Source: Octopus sinensis (Eukaryota). Taken from it: a stretch of 64,000 bases of DNA. Of the stretch, positions 37,001-45,661 are shown one piece after another. The stretch spans positions 182,838,001 to 182,902,000 of the forward strand of contig NC_042997.1 in the NCBI RefSeq assembly GCF_006345805.1. Reading direction: 5' to 3'. A program made the translations under genes and the position numbers. The stretch's first letter is position 1. Every line of letters begins with the position of its first letter. The notes under the pieces were generated by a model. The model saw nothing but the letters and a program-made list of their open reading frames with translations, had not been told where the DNA came from and searched no databases.

Positions 37001-40000
37001 GTTGCCCACATAACTAATCCACCTACTTACAACTTAAAATTTACTAATGAAAATATGTAATATATTGAAAACAAAATAGATTCACTAATAATTTCTATTA
37101 TGTTATCAGTTTTATATATTTAAAAAGATTTACCATCGTAACCATTTTTATTGGTATGCTACATTTTAGTGGGTAAGCCTCACAACCAAGGAATTTTTAA
37201 TGATTAGTAGTCCCCATAAACATAATAAAAATCATAGTAATATGATATTTCTTTTTGTTTTTATTAACTTAATTTAAAATAGCTTAATTATGTATCAGAA
37301 TGATTTAGCTAAGTTATTGTTAAAATAGTTTAGCAAAGTCAGACTATTAACCTCAAGCAATTAATGGTATTGTTCTCCGTAATCATACTGTTGAAACCTT
37401 ACATCATTTAACATCTGTTTTCCTTGATGATATGGGTTGGAGATTAAACATCTATTTTCTGTTCTGGGATATATTGGAAATAAAGGCTATGAGTTCAAAA
37501 CCATCCTAGTAAAAATAGAGTGACTGAGAATGGTCAAACATTAAACAAATTCAACCACAACAAAGTACAGAGGTAAATGATTAAAGAGATTAATGATCAG
37601 GAAATTGTAAAATGATTTTTAAAATTATATACCACTCTGAGTTCATGATATAATAATTAATGTTAGAGACAGTTACAAGCAACTACCTCCTTCTTCATCA
37701 TGAGCCTCTCCCTTACTCAGTGATTTCCAATATGATTTCTGTAGAGCCAGATCATTAACAGAACTGTTTGTTCCTTCTCAAGCCACGCCTGGCTCATAAG
37801 GGCCGGTTTCCTAGTTTCCTTGGTGTATTGGTTCTCCACCTGGACAGGATGCCGGTCCATCGCAGGTGAGTTGCAAGGTGCAGAAGGAAAGAGTGAGAGA
37901 AAGTTGTGGCGAAAGAGTCAGCAGAAGTTCGCCATTACCTTCTGCCGGAGCCACGTGGAGCTTAGGTGTTTCGCTCATAAACACACACATCGCCCGGTCT
38001 GAGATTCGAACCCACGATCCCTCGACTGCGAGTCTGCAGCTCTAACCACTAGGCCATGTGCCTCCACATCAACAGAACTCCTGACATTTGACCTTTTTAC
38101 ACTGAAAGCAATCTTGCCGTATTTGACATCAGCAAAACCTTCAATAGTAGCTGTCAGGAGAACTTCCTTTATAATAATAATAATAATAATAATAAAATGC
38201 CCTGATGCAGTACCAGGCAGTGGCTCTCATGGCTTCTGATCTTAACAGATTTGAAGAGTTATCATGTACATTGTTTTGTCTTGGTATAAAAGCTGGGCTA
38301 CACCAAATATTCTACTCAATACCACAGATTTGCTTCTTAATTGTCAGTTGAGCATGTCCTTATTAGCTGATGATATGTGTATCTCTGATCATGAGCAGAA
38401 GTAGTGGGGGAGCATCATAACCATGCGTTGAGAGGAATTCTTTGGGGTTTGGATAATTCACCTTTGAAAACATGAGTGTTTGTTCAACATCCTTAAACAG
38501 CCCTTATTCAGGGACTTTTTGAGCGGAATGGGCTACTCAACCTGAAGAAAATTCTAACTGGGCCCCACCTGCAAGTTTATGCGCTGTTTATCTTGATATG
38601 AGATCACTATGTTGTGCACATATGATTGTGATGCATGTGCCTGGTGTACCCTCATCAGATGGGTAGTCATGATGGATATACTGGGCTTCGTAGCAGACAG
38701 GTAGACTTGATGGGCTTTGTATATTTTACACCAGTGTCACTTTGAATGCATGCACTATTCTCTCACTCAATAATAATAATGACAATAATTATGGCTTCAA
38801 ATTTTGGTACAAAACCAGTAATTTAAGGGAAGGAGTGAGTTGATTTAAATGTCTCGTAAAAATACTGAGAAAAGGAGAACATATATGAAGAACTAGTGAA
38901 AATCCTACAGTTCTTACATTGAGGCTTCAGAATTTTGCTTGTACCTTTTATCAAAGGCCTATGCAACAATAGATTTACAAAAATATTCAGAAATGTTGTG
39001 GTCCTCCAAAAGACAACAGAGCAAACTGATTCACTTTTTCCAAATACGATTGACTGGAAGTAAAGTGAAGATTTGTAAAACATTCCAGGGATTGTCCATT
39101 TGAGGTTCCTGAGCTGAACACATGCACACAATCACATATACATATGGAAAATACACATAAGCATAGGAGTGGCTGTGTGGTAAGTAGCTTGCTTACGAAC
39201 CACATGGTTATGGGTTCAGTTCCACTGCGTGGCACCTTGGGCAAGTGTCTTCTGCTATAGCCTCGGGCCGACCAAAGCCTTGTGAGTGGATTTGATAGAC
39301 GGAAACTGAAAGAAGCCCGTTGTATATATGTGTGTATATGTTTGTGTGTCTGTGTTTGTCCCCCCAACATCGCTTGACAACAGATGCTGGTATGTTTACA
39401 TCCCCGTAACTTAGCAGTTTGGCAAAAGAGACCGATAGAATAAGTACTAGGCTTACAAAGAATACACCCTGGGGTCGACTTGCTCGACTAAAGGTGGTAC
39501 TCCAGCATGGCCACAGTCAAATGACTGAAACAAGTAAAAGAGTAAAGAGTATATGTGCATAGATAGTGATGAAGTACACAACTGTGTACTAAAGTAACAC
39601 ACACACCTACTCAAGTGCATGTTTGTCCATGCACACACACACACACATTAAATGATCAATCTTAACCAACAAAACTTTAACAAGCTCTACAGACATAACA
39701 TGGCTTACAAAAACTTTAACAAGCTCTACAGACATAACATGGCTTACAAAAACTCTGACTAGTATGGATGTATTATCTTTTAATATTTTTCTATTTTTTT
39801 ACTTTAAGGGAGTGTGGTGTAGTATGCTGCAATTGCTCCTTGGTGTAAATTTATAGTGAGCCTTCTTAAACTGTATCAGCTACACTGGTTTATACAGATT
39901 GGATTATATATGTCAAGAATGTTATGTTGCCTGATGTTGTATAAATTGGGTCTTAATATGTGAAGAATTTAATGTGACAAGGTGACAGACTCATTAACAC

Positions 40001-41360
40001 GTTGCTCAAAACGCTTAGCAGCATTTCATCCGTATTTACATTCTGAGTTCAAATTCTGTCATGGTTGACTTCACCTTTCATCCTTTTAGGGTCAACAAAA
40101 TAAGTACCAGTTAAACACTGGGATCAATTACACCCCACCAAAAAAAAATTGCTGGCCTTGTGACAAAATTTGAAATCAATATATGAAGAATTGGTAAACT
40201 AAGGAAGTTACGAATTATGTTTTTTTTCTTCTTCTTTCAGTTCAACATATTTATTCCAATATCATTTCTGATCGCGGTAGCATTCCTTCTTATCATCCCA
40301 TTTGTTGCGGCACCAAGAGAAGCTAGTATAGGACTTATAATAACTCTGTCTGGAATACCTGTCTACTATTTGGGAGTCATATGGAAGTCAAAACCTGAAT
40401 TTTTCCAGAAAGCTATAAGTAAGAAAAGCAATTATATTACATATATATATATATATATCCTTGGTTTATTTTTGTATCATATTAATCTTTTATAACTGGT
40501 AAATTCAGATAAAAATTGTTGAGATATAAAAAAAATTATAGGTTTATACATTAAAGATGTTAAATCTGCTTGTAAATGATTTAAACTAAGTTAGAAATAG
40601 CAATATATTGTTGGAAGGTAACCTCTTGAGGGCTTAATTTTTACAGAGAAAATTCTTTTTGATTAACGACAAACAAAATAGCAATAGAATTCCCTTTAAA
40701 ATTGTTTTATATTATTCCTTGCAGTTTTATTCAACCTTTGTCTTAAGTTTCCCTTAAATTATCAATATAAATTGCTATAATAAAAAAAAAGAGAAATGAG
40801 GTTTTTTTCCTATTTTTCAATGGTTTTTTTCCTATTTTTCAATGTTTGTCATACTTTGATAGTCAATATTTCTCAAATCCACAAATTTGTTGATGAGGAG
40901 TATTGTGAAAAAAATGCAGGTGATCACCTCAATAGTACTTTATGCAGGTGGTACATTGTGTTCTTGAGCAAAACACTTCATTTCATGTTGCTCTGTGACT
41001 ACTTTGTCACCCAACTCATGATACACTGTGCACCTGTTCAGACAACGTCGATTTGATGGAGAGAGTGAATTAATGTGCAGCACAAATATTTGATCACTAA
41101 ACAAATCATTTGTGCAAAGCTGAATGCTTATATGTTGTCTTCGAGAGGAGAGTCCATAATACATATATATATATACTGGTAAAAATGGTAAAATAACAAA
41201 AGAAAGAAAGAGACCTCAATATTATGTAAATAGAGGAATTTATCTGTGACAATTATTCAGTAGCCAAGATAAAATTCTGAGTTTCGGATGCCAAGGTGGA
41301 AATCTACTCAGAGTTTTATCTTGGCTACCGAATAATTGGCACATATTATATTTACAGATA

Positions 41361-41393
<33 letters not shown>

Positions 41394-42723
41394 GTAAATA
41401 TATATATATACACACACACACACATTATACAAATATATGGATAATACAGTCCACTACCTCAGGCAGTCAGAAAACCCCACAGTTAACAAACAGTGCAGGC
41501 ATTAGTTTCCTTTGTCTTTATAAATCCTTTATTTCATTCACTATTGGCAATTATAAGGTCCGTGAAGATTGCTTCACATAACAAGGTACCACAGCTAAAT
41601 GCATTATACTATTTAGCTCTGCTATGTGCTCAAATTCCACTGGGATTGACTGTACCTTTTTCTACCATGAATCAACAAATTAAGTACCACCAATACACTG
41701 ATAAAACATAAAATACACTCACCTTCTTGACTAAATGACCTTGTGCCTAAGTAAAAGAGTAAAGATCCCCTTAACTCATGAAAGTTCCCTGCTGAGGTAC
41801 AAATCCAGGCAAGGTTGTTTTATGGAAGACCAGCAGTGGCCCATGCATACCAGCCTCCTCTTTCCATGCCACCGATATTTTCCAAGAGAAAGGCAAAGGC
41901 TGATACAGCTTGGCACTAGTGATGTTGCGACTCATTTCTACAGCTGAGTTAACTGGAGCAACGTGAAATAAGGTGTCTTACTTAAGAACCCAACACACAA
42001 CCCGGTCAGGGAATCAAGCTCACTACCTCACAATTGTGAGCCTAACGCTCTAACACTGAGCCACGCACCTTCACTGTGCCTACTTTCCTCTGGTGCCTAA
42101 GTAGGAAATTAATATTAGTTAAAATATACTACTTTCTTTGGGGGTGGGGATTTGGTTTGCAAGATTCTTTATGTCATCATCATCATCATCATTGTTCGAC
42201 CGTGGTCGAGACTTTCATAGTCTTTTCAAATGGCTAATAATGTGTGCGCGCGCCACTACTACACACATTGGAAAGCATTGTACAACCAAGCACTAAAGAA
42301 GATCTTTCCTCCTCCATGAAACAAAGCTGTTCCCGCTGGACGTCAACCCAGTATTTCTAAGCTACGGACCCAGTGATTTATTGTAAGGTTATCTCCCTAG
42401 ATAGATTGCCTTCACTACGGCTAAGGAGCCCTTTCTACCCCATGTGAGTTCGTGTGTTGAAGCATATTCTGTTGTCTGGGGAGAGTCAAAGCTTTTGCAA
42501 AGGTTGCAAGATGCAACGAAAATTTTAGGAAAATAAAAATAAGAAAAAAAGTGGAAATTTTACCGGTGAGTGTAAGGCACAAAAAGAAAATGACTCTCCC
42601 CAGACACAACAGAATATACTACTTTCGTTTTCTTCTTATTTATTTATTTTCTTTTTTTTTTCAGCTTATATGACAAAGCAGTTACAGAAGACATTTTTGG
42701 TTGTTCCATCTGACAAATCGTAA
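5872..42723 (+). CDS. SLC7A5/SLC7A8-like: SLC7 L-type/heteromeric amino acid transporter light chain (LAT1/LAT2/y+LAT-like); 11 coding exons in window, 5' exon(s) upstream of window
   Basis: Exons join through GT-AG introns with matching phases into 1278 nt (425 aa + TAA). LAT motifs include [66 protein letters not shown] and LQK..VVP. Confidence 0.95.
6500..6798 (+). mobile_element. Family A SINE 3' half
   Basis: cttgacaac...gctggtgtgtttacatccccgtaacttagc...ctgaaacaagtgaaaga. Confidence 0.75.
7331..7466 (+). CDS. SLC7A5/SLC7A8-like: SLC7 exon ([45 protein letters not shown])
   Basis: tttttag| ... |gtaagt, 136 nt, phase 0/1; TM3 plus the extracellular Cys used for the heavy-chain disulfide. 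Not in the ORF track. Confidence 0.95.
7517..7800 (+). mobile_element. Family C retroposon (RTE-type tail ending in (GAT)n)
   Basis: aaggcacccactacactc...gttaggaagagcatccagc...ccagcatggaaaacagacattaaatgatgatg, shared with about 10 other copies. Confidence 0.75.
7912..8150 (-). mobile_element. Family C retroposon, inverted degenerate copy
   Basis: gcaccagattccagtctgatttagc...ttttatgtgccaccagcac is the reverse complement of family C. Confidence 0.65.
8270..8770 (+). mobile_element. Family C retroposon with four ~65-bp internal tandem units
   Basis: gccagtgccccctgactggctcccatgctggtggc...aaaaagcacc repeated at ~8352-8600; (gat)n tail. Confidence 0.8.
10607..10837 (-). mobile_element. Family B SINE (Nin-domain-like core) with 13-bp TSD
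   Basis: Core gcctttcatcctttcggggtcga..aagtaccag; TSD ctcaacaatacct at 10594-10606 and 10836-10848. Confidence 0.85.
10873..11080 (+). mobile_element. Family B SINE with 15-bp TSD and small internal deletion
   Basis: aggcggcgagctggcag head; TSD ggtattaattagaag at 10861-10875 and 11077-11091. Confidence 0.85.
11364..11554. mobile_element. Family A SINE 5' half (+) fused to an inverted family B head (-)
   Basis: Family A sequence runs to ggatttggtag, which is repeated, then gcatttcgcctggcgtgctaacgattctgccagcttgccgcc. Confidence 0.7.
12620..13035 (-). mobile_element. tRNA-derived SINE, family D, tail type 1, (CAA/CAG)n end
   Basis: Minus-strand head ggaggcacaatggcccaatggt...ggtttcgattccc (A/B boxes); central domain shared with 37766-38067. 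Confidence 0.8.
14959..15084 (+). CDS. SLC7A5/SLC7A8-like: SLC7 exon ([42 protein letters not shown])
   Basis: ttttcag| ... |gtaaat, 126 nt, phase 1/1; TM4-TM5 with the QDVFTxAK motif. Confidence 0.95.
15760..15859 (+). CDS. SLC7A5/SLC7A8-like: SLC7 exon ([34 protein letters not shown])
   Basis: ttcttag| ... |gtatgc, 100 nt, phase 1/2; TM6. Confidence 0.93.
16152..16363 (+). mobile_element. Family C 3' fragment with (GAT/GGT/GAC)n tail
   Basis: acactctcggagttgttggcgttaggaagggcatccagct...ccatgctagcatggaaagc. Confidence 0.8.
17039..17083 (+). CDS. SLC7A5/SLC7A8-like: SLC7 short exon ([16 protein letters not shown])
   Basis: ttttcag| ... |gtaata, 45 nt, phase 2/2; NFVTEE motif. Confidence 0.93.
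18105..18228 (+). CDS. SLC7A5/SLC7A8-like: SLC7 exon ([41 protein letters not shown])
   Basis: atttaag| (AAG acceptor) ... |gtaagt, 124 nt, phase 2/0; TM7. Confidence 0.93.
18281..18457 (-). mobile_element. Family E SINE 3' fragment
   Basis: Matches 41759-41920. Confidence 0.6.
18671..20470 (+). mobile_element. Decayed autonomous Helitron, 5' part (Rep/Hel N-terminal region)
   Basis: Broken frames give [69 protein letters not shown] and [11 protein letters not shown], all Helitron N-terminal motifs. Putative 5' end a|tctatatctatatatt near 18671. Confidence 0.88.
20625..20728 (+). CDS. SLC7A5/SLC7A8-like: SLC7 exon ([35 protein letters not shown])
   Basis: tttccag| ... |gtaaaa, 104 nt, phase 0/2; TM8. 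Confidence 0.95.
20930..21195. repeat. (CT)n and (CA)n microsatellites
   Basis: Direct reading. Confidence 0.95.
21850..22072 (+). mobile_element. Family B SINE variant (ccccc...gtgccaaaattt tail)
   Basis: Same head and Nin-like core as family B, different 3' end. Confidence 0.75.
22073..22526. mobile_element. 454-bp element with ~140-bp terminal inverted repeats, TGT...ACA ends and 5-bp TSD (Ginger-like MITE or palindromic solo LTR)
   Basis: 22073-22215 is ~90% identical to the reverse complement of 22374-22526; caata at 22068-22072 and 22527-22531. Confidence 0.8.
22620..22850 (-). mobile_element. Family B SINE with 21-bp TSD
   Basis: TSD tttctatgccatacatattct at 22599-22619 and 22851-22871. 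Confidence 0.88.
22947..23160 (+). mobile_element. Family B SINE variant, degenerate
   Basis: gtggcaagctggtagaatcattagc...gagttcaaattcc...tcatcctttcagagtcaataaaataaataccag. Confidence 0.7.
23697..23929 (-). mobile_element. Family B SINE
   Basis: Full-length reverse-complement copy ending ctgccagctcgccgcctt. Confidence 0.85.
24084..24180 (+). CDS. SLC7A5/SLC7A8-like: SLC7 exon ([32 protein letters not shown])
   Basis: ttttcag| ... |gtaggt, 97 nt, phase 2/0. Confidence 0.95.
26651..26871. mobile_element. piggyBac-type MITE (221 bp)
   Basis: TTAA|ccctttcgttac ... gtaatgaaaggg|TTAA. Confidence 0.85.
27174..27323 (+). CDS. SLC7A5/SLC7A8-like: SLC7 exon ([50 protein letters not shown])
   Basis: gtttag| ... 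|gtaagt, 150 nt, phase 0/0; TM9-TM10. Confidence 0.95.
27441..27851 (-). mobile_element. Family A SINE, full length, CpG-rich (probably young)
   Basis: Reverse complement of the 1599-2000 family. Confidence 0.88.
28150..29170 (-). mobile_element. Decayed CR1/L2-type LINE ORF2 3' end, interrupted by a family B SINE
   Basis: Minus frames give [11 protein letters not shown] / [17 protein letters not shown] and, beyond the [29 protein letters not shown]. Confidence 0.65.
28418..28651 (+). mobile_element. Family B SINE
   Basis: Full-length aggcggcgagctggcag...aaagaaatagg. Confidence 0.88.
29652..30040 (+). mobile_element. Non-autonomous Helitron (389 bp)
   Basis: A|TCtctatatatataaa 5' end; 3' hairpin cccgagcaacaccggg (30013-30028) then CTAG|T; no TSD. 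Confidence 0.85.
30586..31373 (+). mobile_element. 5'-truncated Dong/R4-clade LINE (Zn knuckle + restriction-like endonuclease), copy 1
   Basis: [19 protein letters not shown], then after a frameshift [35 protein letters not shown]; flanked by (AAT)n. Confidence 0.88.
31414..32201 (+). mobile_element. 5'-truncated Dong/R4-clade LINE, copy 2 (tandem duplicate, 828-bp period)
   Basis: Apparently identical to copy 1; the 140-aa ORFs at 30759 and 31587 are identical. Confidence 0.88.
32765..33005. repeat. (TG)n/(TA)n/(TATAGA)n microsatellite
   Basis: Direct reading. Confidence 0.95.
33004..33790. mobile_element. ~790-bp element with ~55-bp terminal inverted repeats and an internal ~163-bp tandem duplication
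   Basis: ttcaaaggaattccaactctgt..ttatgttttatttatattcttat (33009-33060) versus its reverse complement at 33736-33783; direct repeat units start near 33295 and 33458. Confidence 0.7.
34100..34345 (+). mobile_element. Degenerate tRNA-derived SINE (family E-like head)
   Basis: gtggcttggtggttag..gttcttgagcaaaacacttcatttcatgttgctc; a similar piece lies at ~40955-41140. Confidence 0.6.
34394..34780 (+). mobile_element. Family A SINE, full length
   Basis: As 1599-2000. Confidence 0.85.
34790..35317 (-). mobile_element. Ty3/Gypsy pol fragment (RT thumb to RNase H)
   Basis: Minus frames give [48 protein letters not shown] and [30 protein letters not shown]. Confidence 0.85.
35520..35915 (+). mobile_element. 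CR1-type LINE 3' end with (ATT)n tail
   Basis: [36 protein letters not shown]; the same 3' UTR recurs at 47502 and 57222. Confidence 0.82.
36197..36828. repeat. Near-identical tandem duplication of ~315 bp
   Basis: ccatactggattcagaattag... starts at 36197 and again at 36512. Confidence 0.9.
37766..38067 (-). mobile_element. tRNA-derived SINE, family D, tail type 2
   Basis: Head gtggaggcacatggcctagtggttag...gggttcgaatctc; tail cctgcgatggaccggcatcctgtccagg...aaaccggcccttatgagcc. Confidence 0.8.
38197..38768. mobile_element. ~570-bp non-coding interspersed element embedded in (AAT)n
   Basis: GC-richer block bounded on both sides by (aat)n; no ORF. Confidence 0.55.
39161..39551 (+). mobile_element. 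Family A SINE, full length
   Basis: As 1599-2000. Confidence 0.88.
39669..39754. repeat. 39-bp tandem duplication
   Basis: aaaactttaacaagctctacagacataacatggcttac occurs twice. Confidence 0.9.
39978..40182 (+). mobile_element. Family B SINE variant just upstream of the exon at 40241
   Basis: ttctgagttcaaattc..cctttcatccttttagggtcaacaaaataagtaccag. Confidence 0.7.
40241..40418 (+). CDS. SLC7A5/SLC7A8-like: SLC7 exon ([59 protein letters not shown])
   Basis: ctttcag| ... |gtaaga, 178 nt, phase 0/1; TM11-TM12 with the SGIPVY motif. Confidence 0.95.
41246..41343. repeat. Hairpin with ~38-bp stem inside a (TA)n-flanked element
   Basis: tgtgacaattattcagtagccaagataaaattctgagt / actcagagttttatcttggctaccgaataattggcaca. 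Confidence 0.85.
41759..42074 (-). mobile_element. Family E tRNA-derived SINE
   Basis: Minus-strand head gtgaaggtgcgtggctcagtgttagagcg..; core cacgttgctccagttaactcagctgtagaaatgag. Confidence 0.75.
42137..42612. mobile_element. Composite insertion with 14-bp flanking direct repeat, containing a (CAT)n-bounded retroposon piece and a 25-bp inverted repeat
   Basis: aatatactactttc at 42123-42136 and 42613-42626. Confidence 0.6.
42665..42723 (+). CDS. SLC7A5/SLC7A8-like: SLC7 terminal coding exon ([19 protein letters not shown])
   Basis: Long T-tract and cag| acceptor; phase 1 matches the previous exon; LAT C-terminal LQK..VVP motif; TAA at 42721-42723. Confidence 0.9.
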
Positions 42724-43183
42724 CAATTTCATCCATTAATATCAACTTCCATTTCTATCAAATGTTTCATTTAATACAGAGCTTTGGGGGGGGGGACAAA
42801 ACAAAAAAGGAGAAGAAACGAAAATGAAATGATATGACATTAGCATCCAAGAAGTCATTAATTTCAGTGATTATTATTATTAGTTATTGCTAACTCCACC
42901 ACTTTTTCTTTTTTTTTTTAACTCCTGATCCTTGCTTTATCTTACCAAGCCCGCAATAGTTTCAGATTGGACACTAACTGCACTTAACTCATCTTTTGAT
43001 AAGATGAAGTTTTTTGAAACATGTTATGGAGACTGCACACTACTTACGCATCCTCAGAAAAAAAAAAAAATGAACTTTATCCTTATTAGATGCGTCTTAA
43101 ATTCTATTATAATGTAAGAAAATTAAATCAGATATTTTTCTTTATCCATAAAGAAAACTTTGTGTAATGTAAAAATTGTGCAT

Positions 43184-43189
43184 ATTAAA
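43184..43189 (+). terminator. Candidate polyadenylation signal (ATTAAA) for the SLC7 gene
   Basis: About 460 nt after the stop and followed by a T/GT-rich tract at ~43230-43260. The AT-rich context makes chance matches likely. Confidence 0.3.
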
Positions 43190-43683
43190 CATCATAAAAA
43201 AAAAAGAAACAAACACATCCTGAGAGAAACGCATTTGTTTTTTGCTTTGTTTTTTCTTTTAATTTATAATGTTCTATTTTGCAAAGTTGCAAAGTAAAAT
43301 TTAATGAAAACTCATATTGTAGTCACTGCTATTGTTGTTCTTGTTGCTATTGTTGTTATTGTTGTTGTTGTTCTTGTTGCTATTGTTGATGTTATTGTTA
43401 TTGTTGTTGCTACTGCTGTTTAACCCCAAGTCAACCCAGATCAAGCATACATATATGATTAATGGTACTCCAATTACATCATTATTTTCTTCAAGCATTT
43501 TAAAAATTTATGTGTCCTCCCCCTTTTAAAACTGTAGAGTTTGAACTGAGGAAGGTTTCGCCACCATTTCTAGTGAGCTGACAAATCACACTAAAGTTTC
43601 TTCCTTGGCTCATGGCGGATGTAATTGTCATCGAGGCGGTGGTGATGGTAGTAGATATGATTGCCTTTGAGGTGGTTGTTAAA

Positions 43684-44009
43684 GACACCTGTGCCGGTGA
43701 CACAGAAAAAGCACTGTCCAAACTTGGCAGATGCCAGCGCTGCCTGACTGGCGTCTGTGTCAGTGACACATAAAAACACCAACCAATCGTGGCCGTTTGC
43801 CAGCCTCCTCTGGCCCCTGTGCCGGTGGCACGTAAAAAACACCCACTACACTCACGGAGTGGTTGCCGTTAGGAAGGGCATCCAGCTGTAGAAACACTGC
43901 CAAACCAGACTGGAGCCTGGTGCAGTCTCCATGGCTTACCAGACCCCAGTCGAACCGTCCAACCCATGCTAGCATGGAAAATGGATGTTAAATGATGATG
44001 ATGATGATC
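43684..44009 (+). mobile_element. Family C retroposon
   Basis: Internal aaaaagcacc units and (gat)n tail. Confidence 0.8.
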
Positions 44010-44414
44010 AGTGAAATTGCTTGTAAATCCTGCATAAGTGATTACTCTTGATCTTGATGCTGTTCTTGTGGTGATCATGGTACAGCTTTCTTATTACTGA
44101 AATTATTGCAGTTGCTGTTATTATTGAAGTAGTTGTTATAGCTGTTTAGTTGCAGGTCAGCCCAGATCAATCAGACCCTATAATCAAAGGCATCCCAGCT
44201 ATGATAATCCTAGGTTTTGCTCAACTAAACCTTTCAGGACGACTCCAGCATGGCTACAGTCCAATGACAGAAACAAGTGAAAAATACAAGATCAAACATT
44301 CCAGGCATGACCACACCATATTATTCAAACAGTAAATACAAAACATTATGCAATGTATTCTTCCTTTTTAAAATGGCCAGTTGAAATAGGAAGAAGATTT
44401 CGCCTGTGTCAGGC

Positions 44415-44805
44415 CTCGAAGCCAATGTGGTTGATGCCAGTGTTGCATAATTAGCACCTGTGCCAGTGGAACATAAAGAGCACCTTTGAGTGTTGGGCTT
44501 CACAGAAGCAATGACAAATGACCAAGATCTTTAACAACACACCATGCTCGAGTAGAAGACCCATCAAGCCACGTGAAATCATAGTTGTGGCAGATACTGG
44601 TGTCACACAACTGGCACCCATGCTAGTGGCACATAAAAGCACCCATTACAATCTCAGAGTGGTTAATGTTAGGAAGGGCATCCACTTGTAGAAACCATGC
44701 CAAATCAGACTGTAGTCTGATGCAGCTCCTCAGCTTGTCAGCCCTGGTCAAACCATCCACCCATGCCAGCATGGACAACGGATGTTAAATGTTGATGATG
44801 ATGAT
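44415..44805 (+). mobile_element. Family C retroposon variant
   Basis: Shares the gagaagacc..tcaagcca segment with the 7517 copy; (gat)n tail. Confidence 0.75.
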
Positions 44806-45352
44806 CTAGCAAATTGAGTGATTACACAGAAACCTTTTTTCATTGGTTTACTCTATAAGCTGTAACAAAAACAACTTTGAAGGTTATGCTTTCAGAAAAT
44901 CTCTTATTTCATATCCATTTTACCATATACAACTGGACTGCAAAGGTTAACCACTCAGTTAATTTACATTATATCCCAATCTCTAGCTAGTTACCATGAC
45001 AAGAGTATCTTATCTGATTTAGCATCCGAAGATATCCTAAAATATATTCTGACAATATTTTAGAGCCATATAATCCATACCGTTTCCTTCAATAGCTGAT
45101 TAAATCAGACTTTTCTGTGGAGCTTACTTAGTTCACTAATCCATATTTATCTATCTATCTATCTACCAAGCAATTTCTCTCTGTCTGTGGGTCTGTCTCT
45201 TCACACCCACATACATATATATATAAAGTCCTATATATATATGTGTGTGTGTGTGTACACATATTTATGTATATAGATAGATAGATAAGAGATAGAGTCA
45301 TCTAAGATTCCATGCCATGTGTATGTGTGTCTACATACATCCAAACAGGCAT

Positions 45353-45661
45353 ATCATCATCATCATCGTCTAACGTCCGTTTTCCGCGCTAGCACGGGTT
45401 GGACGGTTTGACCAGGGTCTGGGAAGCCAGGGCTGCACCAGGCTCCAGTCTGATCTGGCAGTGTTTCTACAGCTGGATGCCCTTCCTAACACCAACCACT
45501 CCGCGAGTGTAGTGGGTGCTTTTTATGTGCCACCTGCACAGGTGCCAAGGGTGGGGGGTCTGGCATCAGCCACGATCGGTTGGTGCTTTTAACGTGCCAC
45601 TGGCACGGAAGCCAGCCAAGGCGGCGCTATCATCGGCCACATTCGGATGGTGCTTTTTATG
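45353..45661 (-). mobile_element. Family C retroposon, inverted
   Basis: (cat)n then cgtctaacgtccgttttcc..ggctccagtctgatctggcagtgtttctacagctggatgccc. Confidence 0.82.

Noticed and set aside
37990-38067. tRNA-like sequences (also 1503-1575, 12965-13035, 42005-42074)
   Set aside because: They are SINE heads: acceptor stems do not pair and they run directly into repeat bodies.
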